From assembly GCF_006345805.1 (NCBI RefSeq), contig NC_043005.1, forward strand, positions 28,334,001-28,398,000: a stretch of 64,000 nucleotides of DNA, read 5' to 3'. Both the position numbers and the translations under genes were made by a program. The notes beneath the pieces were generated by a model that was given only the letters and a program-made list of their open reading frames with translations, made no database searches and was not told where the DNA came from. Shown here in pieces: positions 12,342 through 64,000 of the stretch (the first letter of the stretch is position 1; the number at the start of each line of letters is the position of its first letter). The DNA comes from Octopus sinensis. Lineage: Eukaryota.

Positions 12342-12375
<34 letters not shown>

Positions 12376-12554
12376 ATATATATATAATATATATATATAA
12401 ATGTATGCAAAACAATTAAGATTCAAATAAATTCAAATGAATTCAAGTGAATATGGTACTTAACTTAGATGCACCAGAATTCTTTATGGTATTAACCATA
12501 AAAATATATGGGGTGATTATAGCCAAGAAAAAAGTAACAACAATGGATCAGTAA

Positions 12555-12642
12555 TTTGGTACAATTGTTTCATACTGAGAACATTTTTATTTGAAGCTGC
12601 AAATATTACAGCAAATATAATGTCCAGTATTCATCAGCCAAA
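12555..12642 (-). ncRNA. Type I hammerhead ribozyme, intact
   Basis: Minus strand: UUUGG-CUGAUGA-AUACUG..CAGUAU-GAAA-CAAUUG-UA/CCAAA. Stem I 5 bp and stem II 6 bp are perfect. Confidence 0.85.
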
Positions 12643-12933
12643 TCACATATATGTTTTCCAACCATCCTAGAAAGTGTAAATATCCTTATGAAGCATTCAG
12701 AGTGAGATCCATGACTTTGAAGTAAGGTAATAAGCAGACTTTATATGTCTTCCAACAATGCACAGTTTTTAAAAAAATTTTTAAAAGATTATTAAATTCT
12801 CAGAAAAGGTAAATCCAACCATAAAGGTGTTGATATAAATTCCAGGAAGCATGAGGGAAGGTGTTGTTTACACTGGTTTAGTTCACATCTGGATATTTAC
12901 ACTTTCTAGGATGGTTGGAAAACATATATGTGA

Positions 12934-13021
12934 TTTGGCTGATAAATACTGGACATTATATTTGCTGTAATATTTGCAGCTTCAAATAAAAATGTTCTCA
13001 GTATGAAACAATTGTACCGAA
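12934..13021 (+). ncRNA. Hammerhead copy with G8A core mutation (probably inactive)
   Basis: Mirror copy of 12555-12642; core reads CUGAUAA (12939-12945). Confidence 0.7.
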
Positions 13022-13079
13022 TTACTGATCCATTGTTGTTACTTTTTTCTTGGCTATATAAATGTATGTATGCATGTAT

Positions 13080-13438
<359 letters not shown>

Positions 13439-13486
13439 TTCACCTGAAGATTGTACACATGTGTGCATGAAACCAATGGTAGTAGA
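13439..13486 (+). ncRNA. Hammerhead motif with degenerate stems
   Basis: UUCAC-CUGAAGA-U-UGUACA(CAUG)UGUGCA-U-GAAA-CCAAUGG-UA/GUAGA; follows a (GATA)n tract directly. Confidence 0.6.
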
Positions 13487-13579
13487 TACAGGTCAGAAAA
13501 TATGAATTCTATAACTAATAGACTCTCATGAGATTAAGTACATTTGTGTTGGCTTCTTACGTATACTCTATTCTAACAT

Positions 13580-13637
<58 letters not shown>

Positions 13638-13668
13638 TTGTGTGTGTAAATATATAAATATATGTATG

Positions 13669-13699
<31 letters not shown>

Positions 13700-13735
13700 G
13701 TATATATATATATATATATCTATATATATATATAT

Positions 13736-13814
<79 letters not shown>

Positions 13815-15928
13815 GTGCATTTATGTGTGTGTGTATATATATATATATGTATGTGTGTGTGTACATTGATGTCTTTGTGCCTATGTTTGTCTGCCCCACC
13901 ACTAGGAAACTGGTGTTGGCTTGTTTATATCCCCACAACTTAGCAGTTTGACAAAAGAGACTGATGGAATTAGTACCCGACTCAAAAAAAAGAAATAACT
14001 AGGGATCAATTTGTTTGACTAAAACTTTTGAGGTTGGTGCCTATGACTGACGAAAGTAAAAAAATACAAGATATAGATAATTGTAAACTAAAGGAGAGAG
14101 AGAAAGTTAAAAGTGAGAATCAGGAAACGGATGGGTAAGAAATACCCAGCAGTTCTCAGTCATGGATGTTTTCATTCTGAGATTAATTTCTGTTGAGGTC
14201 AACTTTGCTTGTCATTCTTTTTGTGTTGCTGAAATAGAGGTGGACGTTACTTTCTCCTCCCCCAAGATTTGTGATTCTGTGTTTAATTTTATAATAATAA
14301 TTATGAAATTATCGTGTATAGTGCTCAGGTGCACAACAATTCATCAAAGGTGCACATGCAGTCCATAGAATTATGTACAAAAGTCAGGAAAGTGAACAGT
14401 GTATGAGTCATGATATACATGTGTGCATGCATATGGAGGTGGGGATATCAGGTGTAGTGTTGGCGAATTTTAGGAAGCATGAAGGTTTTAAAGAATGCAA
14501 TGTCTTGGCAACTAACAAGTGATGCAGGTAGTTTGTTCCATGCTACGGCAACTCTGAGTGTGAAGAGAGGTTTCCAAAAGTCATGGGAGCTGTGCTGTTT
14601 TCTGACTTTGTAGGCATGTCCACATGTGTTAGACACATGGAGCTCAAAAAGGTGCTCGAGGTGGTTGTCAGCATGATGGTTAATAATTCTGTGAATCATT
14701 AACAGATGATAGAGCATTGGAATTGGTAGAGAACCAAATAACATCCTGTGCATCCAGAATGACATGGGCAGCCGTCATGGAATGGGATAGAACTCCTTCT
14801 AAATAAATTTCAGAAATTCTTGTTACGTTGGCCCAAAGTCAGTGAAATGGCAGAAATGACAGAATACTAGATTAAATGATGCAGAGTATTTAGTTCAAAT
14901 CCTGACAGGTTTGACTTCATCTTCCGTCCATCTGTGGAGGTTGATAAAATATATATTAGTAACATGTGGACAGAGCTACAGATCTGTTGGATTTGTTTCA
15001 AGCCTAAAGGTCCATTATGTGGAACTTATCCCAATTTCCATGATGCTGATAATACAAAATCTCTCCTTAAATGAGACACCAGTCACCACTGGGTGAACTC
15101 TTTACTTGTTTCCTTTCATTTGTATCTGATTAGTCAGAAGTAACATTAAATAAAATGCTCTGCTATAAAAAAAAGTACAGTACACTGCCTGGTCTTAGAT
15201 CTAAATCCGTGATCTGACAATGATGAGTCCAACAACCCTGCCATTAGGCAAAGCAGCTTTACATGTCACAAATGATCAAATCAAGGAACAAGAAACTGAA
15301 AGGTGGCAGTTTCCAAACACAGACACTATAGCTGTGTCTTTGGTCAACATACATCAATAGCTCAGTTCAATTAGCTGTAAATAGGTACCATAATGTAGAA
15401 ACAAGCCATTGATGTAAACAGTGGTAACACTACATGTGACTGACAGGTGTTTTGCTGACTTGAAGAGTTTAGTTCAAGTTTAGTTATATTAATAAGTTTA
15501 GCAATAGGTTTAACTCTGAGTTTAACTGTACATAACTGAGTTATGAGTGTTTCGTTGGCTTGCTGAGCTTTGCTCAGTTCCTCCTGTAGGAACAATTTTC
15601 CTATGGATATTATAACTCAAAATTATTTTCTTTCATTGACCAAATATGATTTGAGAGTCTTTTTACATTTTGTTTATCAAAGTTTCTAAGTGAATGAGTA
15701 TGACTCTAAAATCTCTTCTTGACTTTCTGTTCTGTGATGTAAGTGCAGTTTTTTTTGTGGGATAACAAGGTTCAGAGTTGTCAAGCTTACTTTTATGATG
15801 ACCTCTGTAGTGATATTTTTTACATGGACAATCAGTCTCAGTAGATACAGTAAATTTATGGAATATAACATTCTTCATAAATTATTATTGTTGTTGTTGT
15901 TGTTGTTGTTGCATATGTACACAACAGA

Positions 15929-16590
15929 TTAAGCTGTTGAAAAAGAAAAATAGATACCACAAATCCTCCTAAGTATCCTAGCTGTTCCTAATAACACTGT
16001 TTTCTGGAGCTGCACCAATCTAGGTTTTATGCCTATTTCCTCAATCCATTTGTTCAAATAATTATTATTACTGTTATTAATGATTTGACCCAGGTTCATT
16101 ATTATTTTACCTCTCAGAACTCTCAATCTTAATTGCTCTGATTTATCCTGTGAGAGCAGACAGCATCTTGTCATCGAAGGTTCCACATGGTCCATCTCCA
16201 CTAATTATAAAACTTAGTACTTAGGTATTAACTAGATCCATTTTAGGGGCCTGCTCAACCCTCATGTCAATTCCAATTTCTCTGGCATATTTCTCAAACT
16301 TAGGTGCTAGTGCTCCACATGCCCTTACAACTAATGGGATAACAGTTACTCTCCTCATTGTCCACATTCTTGCAATTTTGTCTTTTTGTAATTTGTTTTT
16401 TTTCCACCTTTTCCAGGTCTTTGTCCCCTACATGTGCTTTCCCAGGTATGGCAATATCTATGATTTTGGTTTCCTTTTTCTTTAATATCCATTACAATGA
16501 TGTCTGATCTCTGAGTGTCAATTACAGAGCCACATTGAATTGTAAAATCCCACAAGATCTTATATTCATGATTCTCAATGACACCTTGTT
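15929..16590 (-). mobile_element. R4/Dong-like RLE-domain fragments
   Basis: WDFTIQC..QRSDIIVMD and LQKTVLLGTARILRR. Confidence 0.75.
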
Positions 16591-16614
16591 GTTGTTATCG
16601 TTATTATTATCATT

Positions 16615-18180
16615 TTTTCCTCTTCCTTCAATCTCGTACCCATTTCTTGCCAACTGTCTTCCCAACACCTAGGCCAAAGAAACTGTGTATATTGATAGGC
16701 CATTAAATTAAACACACCAAATTATTAATTTACCAAATCAAAGTTATGCACAAAAAGACTTATTTACATGGAAAGTAATCATTCTCACAGAGACAATGCA
16801 TTTCTTAATATGTATAACATACCAGTTAGAAAAAAAAAATCTTTTGCACTTCTTGCAGGGATGGTAAGCTAAGGATCATTCTCAATTTCCAGTTCCTCTT
16901 TTGAGCATTCTTAGAGTTCCTACAATCATTAGTATTTTTATCAACATGAGATGCCACACTTTTTGAATTTCAATCAGCAAATCTTTATATTTTCTGAGCT
17001 TGTCAGAGTCTTTTGTCAAGACATTTTGATCACAAGAGATACTCATGTCAATCAATAAACAGACTTTATTATTTTGGTCTTTTGCTACAATATCTGCTTT
17101 ATTAGCTTTTTTGGTTCTGTCTGTATGTGCTGGAAAGTCCCAAAGAATTGTGACATTTTCTCCTTTAGTTACAGCCTCAGGTTGATGGTTATACCATTTG
17201 TCAACAGTTTTTGTTTTATAATACCAACATTTTAACCAGTATAGATATTAGCCAACTCAGTCATATCTTTATTTATACTCCTCTGGTGCTAAAACTTTAC
17301 ATTCAACAATCAAGTGGTCCACTCATCCAGTCATTTGTTGTTTCAAGATATTTGGCCAGTCTAATTTTGATGGTTTCATAAGAAAGTTCAAATTGGATCA
17401 TGCTTTGACCTTGGGCTCTGGGAAAATAAAGACGATCCACATCTGTCTTTGGGTGGTAAATCTTATTACAAGTCAGTAGGTTACAAATTTTTGTATTATT
17501 TTTCTTTATTTTACTGATATTCCAGTTCAGTCACTGAAGCTATAAATAACAACTGGAAATATTAAAGAATTTATGGTTAACATCTTGTTATATACATTTA
17601 GCTCAGATTTCAGATGTTGTCATTCCTTCCTGATCTTCTCTTTCATGTTTGCATACTGAAAAGCGAGAACCTTCATTTATTCCCAGGTATTTATGGGTTT
17701 GTTCTTGCTCAAGTTCTTTTATAATTGTTTCAACATTTAACATGACTGAATTGGAGGTTATCAATATCTCCTTCTTGAAAGTGGTCTTTGCACTCTTATC
17801 ATGACCAAACTCCATCCCTATGTCATCACTGAATACTTTCACAGTATGTAATAGGCCTTCAAGCTCACAATTGTCTTTGCTGTAGAGTTTTAAGTCATCC
17901 ATATAAAATAGATGGCTTATTTCTTGTCAAATTTATACCCATAACCTGTTCTGTTAAGTTCACTTCTCAGGGGTATTAGGGCTATGCAAAAAATTAGAGG
18001 TGAAAGTGAGTCAGCTTGGAAAATGCCACTGTTGATGTTAACATTATTTGAAGCCAGTGTTCCATTTGAATGATATAATTGGAGATTCATGTTCCATAAT
18101 GACATATTATGTTTCAGAAAGTTAGGGTTGGGTTTACTCCTCCCACAAAAGTCCTGGGCCCTGTGCCAAAGCATGAAACC
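16615..18180 (-). mobile_element. R4/Dong-like (RLE) non-LTR retrotransposon fragment, RT to 3' UTR
   Basis: GIFQADSLSPLIFCIALIPL and YMDDLKLYSKD..FSDDIGMEFG; 3' UTR shared with 18868-18980; bounded by ATT repeats. Confidence 0.8.
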
Positions 18181-18198
18181 ATTATTATTATTATTATT

Positions 18199-18822
18199 GA
18201 GTGAGAGAGCAGTGCATGCCATCAAAGTGACACTGGGGTAAAATATACGAAGCCCAGTATATCCATCATGACTACCCGTCTGATAAGGGTACACCAGGCA
18301 CATGTATCACATGTGCGCAACATGGTGATCTCATGTCAAGATAAATAGCGCATGACCTTGCAGGTGGGGCCCAGTTTGAATTTTCTTCTGGTCGAGTAGC
18401 CCATCCCACTCAAAAGGTCCCTGAATAGAGACTGTTTAAGGATGTTGAATGAACCACCTGTGTTTCCAAAGGTGACTTATCCAAACCTCTAAAATTCCTT
18501 TCAACACATGGCTATGATGCTTCCCCACCACTTCTGCTCATGATCAGAGATGCACATATCGTCAGCCATTAAGGGAGATGGTCAACTGGTTAAGGTCAAA
18601 CAACTGACAAGCAAATCTGTGGTATTGAGCAGAATATTTGCTGTAGCCCATCTTTTATACCAAGACAAAACAATGTACATGATAACACTTCCAATCCGTT
18701 AAGATCAGAAGCCATGAGATCCACTGTTTGGTACTGCATCAGGGCATTTATACTGCATCAGGGTATATGGTACTGCATCAGGGCATTGGTACTGCATCAG
18801 GGCATTGGTACTGCATCAGGGC
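18199..18822 (-). mobile_element. Non-coding retroposon of about 550 bp (family G) with (AAT)n tail
   Basis: Four similar copies: 18199-18822, 47845-48325, 48512-49047, 49488-49957. Each starts on the + strand right after an ATT/GTT tract. Confidence 0.75.
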
Positions 18823-18867
<45 letters not shown>

Positions 18868-19221
18868 TTTTTTTTCCTTCTTTCAAATTTGCTTCCATTT
18901 CTTGCCGAGTGTCTTCCCGACTCCTAGGGCAAAGAAACTCATAGTATACATTGGTAGGCCATTAAACCAAACTCAGTAGTTCGTTCATTTTTTTTTTTTT
19001 TTTTTTTTTTTTAAAGTTAAATTAAAATACATGAGCAGCAACAGTTCTCACATCGACAATGCTCTTCTCAATACATGTGATGTACCAGTTAAGACAATCT
19101 TTTGCACTTCTTGCAGGGATGGTAAGCCAAGGATCATTCTCATATAATTTTCGGTTCCCTTCTTGATCATTCCTAGTGCTCCTACGATCACTGGTATTGT
19201 AACCGCCTTGAGATGCATTTC

Positions 19222-19264
<43 letters not shown>

Positions 19265-19985
19265 TTGGTTTGGCTCAGGTTCGGTTTTATTCCTGGTATG
19301 AATTATGTCGATAGTAGGTTACTACTTGTAACCTTAGGTATTCACAAGTTTACACCAGTCTTTCAAGTACTTAAAACCCTCCTGATAATCCTTGCTGTCC
19401 CTAACAGAAATTTTCTGTAGGAGCCCTACTATTTCAATCTCCCTCAACCTTTTGTCTTTATCTTTGCTTACTGTTCCCAACACACCAATTATTATAGGCT
19501 CCACCTTTACTGTTTTGATATTCCAAATTCTTCCTATTTTAAATTTTAAGGGATTGTATTTTTTTTTCTTCTTTCTTTCTGATCCTGGAATCAAACAGGT
19601 ATGATGGGTCGATAAGTAAGCAACTTCGCTTTTTCTTAACCACAATTGTTACATCTGGTCTCTTATTTTCTAACTTCTCCATTTGAATAGGAAAGTCCCA
19701 CAAAATCTTACATTTCTCCAACTCTAGTACTTTTTCGACTCAGTATTTGAACCACATGTTTCCAGTTTCAAATCCCCATTTCTGGCACAGCTTCCAGAGC
19801 AAAATTTTTACAACCTGGTTGTGCCTCCATTTCTTATATTCTTCCTATATCAACTTGGAGCATTCTGTCACAATGTGTGCTACTGTCTTGTTCCATGTTC
19901 CAGAAGCCATACATTTTTCTGACACATCCTCACCATATATATTTTTTCTCAAGTTGTTTGTTTTTATCGCTACAATTAGGCTCTC
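18868..19985 (-). mobile_element. Two stacked R4/Dong-like 3' ends separated by (ATT)n at 19221-19263
   Basis: KILWDFPIQMEKLENKRPDVTIVVKKKRSCLLID, VEPIIIGVLGTV and a second 3' end at 18868-19220. Confidence 0.8.
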
Positions 19986-20000
19986 TGTTTCTTTTTTTTA

Positions 20001-20295
<295 letters not shown>

Positions 20296-20476
20296 TAGTC
20301 ATTGAGATTCTCAGGCATATGGAAAAATATTAAACATGTTTTCGCTTACATTTGTTGAATTTTACTTTGACTTACCATCAATATTGGAGGCATTTAGATT
20401 GAAATTGTTTACATTCATATCACAGTTACCAAATAACAAGAGTTCATGTCTGTCAGAACACTTCAACCATCAAACT

Positions 20477-20520
20477 CCACCACCCCAAACACCCCCCACC
20501 CCCCACCCCCCACCCCCACC
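20477..20520 (-). promoter_or_regulatory. C-run tract (CACCC boxes; G-quadruplex-capable on the minus strand)
   Basis: ccaccaccccaaacaccccccaccccccaccccccacccccacc, with four consecutive C5-6 runs about 135 bp upstream of the TATA box. Confidence 0.5.
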
Positions 20521-20590
20521 ACGTAAGCACTGTTTCTGTCAACAAAACACAGCTAAAAGCAAAACTATTCTAGAAAGAGTTTGGTGCATC

Positions 20591-20706
20591 CTGATTGGTC
20601 AATGATGATCCTGGCCTTCAATGGCTGTTTCCAAACACACCATCAGGGTCCCTATAAAAGCTAAAATCTTCTTGGTTTGATGCGCGATCTTACATTAGTC
20701 GTCGCC
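20591..20706 (+). promoter_or_regulatory. Core promoter of the LLTP gene
   Basis: TATAAAA at 20653-20659, inverted CCAAT (ATTGG) at 20594-20598, ATG at 20707. Confidence 0.75.
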
Positions 20707-62420
<41,714 letters not shown>

Positions 62421-63263
62421 GTGAGTACAGGAGAACAATTTTCATGCCATTTTCACATTTACATCCAAAAACTAACACTTTTGAAATGAAGAATCTGTTG
62501 AGAATGTATTTGTCATGGCTTGAAGTTCTATAAGTGAAATACAATAATGAGCATATTGCATGCAGTGCACAGGTTTACTACAATTCATAGAAGAATAAAA
62601 ATGGGGACAGAAAACAACAGAAAACAGCAATGAAAGCCAGAAATATATGCATAGTACATAGGATAAAAGACAATGAAAAGTGAACAGTAAAAGAGCCACA
62701 GAAAGGAAAGGGTGCATAGGTATGTCAAGAGTGGGGTTGGCATTTTTGAGAAGCATGGAATTGTTGAAGGATGTGTTAGTGTCCTGACAGCTAAACTGAT
62801 GTGAGTAGTTTATTCCATGCTTAAACAATTCTGAGCATAAAAAAGTGTTTTCAAAAGACATGGGTGCTGTGCTATTTTTTGATTTTATAATCATGTTCAT
62901 TAGTAACAGAGATATAACTTAGATAACTTAGACAGGTTTCAGCCAGTATAGGCCCAGCCCATGTCTAACTTTATAGCACCACCCAGTGAAGTCTTTTAGT
63001 TATATGTGGGGCACCATGGCCCACTCTAGCAAAGAGTTATTATTGTTGGAGGCTGAAAAACATGGCCAAAGTCATTGGAAATATTAAATAATAGGGCACT
63101 TGATATAACAAAAAATAATAATCAGAAACATATAAATCATACTAGGGCTCAAAACTCTCCAAAAACAAAGAAGAAAAGAAACAAAAACTTGCTACACACC
63201 AACTACATCCAGTTCCATCTTAAGGCATAAGCATACTGAGCAGCTGGCCTCATGGGTCTAGGG

Positions 63264-63565
63264 CAGTGTTTCCCAACCTATTTTTCCCCAGGCCTCACTA
63301 TAACTTTCCAGAAAAATCTATGCCTCCTAGGTAGTTGGAAAAAAAAAACTTTATTTTTAATATTTTATCACAATTATTTAATACAAAAGAATCTACTGGT
63401 GACTCTTTTATTAAGTATTGAGTACAAAAAGAAGTACATTATTGATTAAGTAAAAAGTGAATCACTTTAATAAGAATCTTGTGCCTGGCATCTACAGTAT
63501 CACGCCTCACCACAATTTTCCCAGTCCCCACTGGTGAGGCATCTACCCCATGTTGGGAATCACTG
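63264..63565. mobile_element. hAT (Charlie-type) MITE
   Basis: TIR cagtgtttcccaac / gttgggaatcactg; 8-bp TSD gtctaggg / ttctaggg. A related degenerate hAT element lies at about 38092-38379. Confidence 0.8.
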
Positions 63566-64000
63566 TTCTAGGGGCTCAAATATGATCCATGAATGTTGTA
63601 ACTTGCTGTCAATAAAAAATATAGGGTCCAGTGCACTGATTTGCTTGAGGACCTATACAAAATTTCAATGGCACAACTTTGAACAATGCACTCTTTGAAC
63701 GATGTACTCAATACATGCAATAACATAGTACATCTTATACTCTACATAATCACCACCTAAAACTATGAGACAATCTATAAAACACATATTTTACAGCACC
63801 GCCTCTCAAGGAGAATGGCTTGAGGTGGGGGTGGGGTGGCAGTGGAAAAATTTAGATGGGTACTGAGGATGAAACAGGTAGTAGTAGGAATGACTGGTAT
63901 GGCTTTGAAGTTTCAGATTTTATCCTGTAAGTAAATCATCTGTTACTGTCAGCTTCAAATTTTGGCACAAAGCCAGCAATTTCAGGAGAAGGGGTAAGTT

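Noticed and set aside
15371-15583. Minus-strand coiled-coil-like segment (EELSKAQQANETLITQL) after a cctacAG acceptor
   Set aside because: No convincing donor or linked exons; it is adjacent to a LINE stack and may be an element remnant.
63858-63890. CTGAGGA-T-GAAACAGGTA as a hammerhead
   Set aside because: No stem II and no stem I complementarity.

Overview
This is AT-rich, microsatellite-dense eukaryotic DNA. The repeat landscape resembles octopus or another cephalopod; that assignment is inferred from recalled repeat families, not from a search. One protein-coding gene can be assembled by hand. It is on the + strand with 19 phase-consistent GT-AG exons (20707-62420, 2715 nt, 905 aa) and continues past the window. 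It has a TATA promoter, a signal peptide and motifs of the large lipid transfer protein superfamily (vitellogenin/apolipophorin-like). The rest is transposon debris: tRNA-derived SINEs, RTE, CR1/L2 and R4/Dong-like LINE fragments, one decayed mariner, and hAT-, piggyBac- and unclassified MITEs. The most unexpected signal is roughly 15 complete, degenerate or partial minimal type I hammerhead ribozyme motifs from about 10 unrelated short-element families. Most have palindromic stem III and lie in fold-back or tandem structures beside microsatellites, as expected for Penelope-like-element derivatives. Two carry a compensatory U3-A8 core, one family is fused to a tRNA-type Pol III head, and every sense-strand copy inside the gene is broken. 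All alignments and folds were done by eye, so repeat boundaries are approximate (about 10-20 bp).
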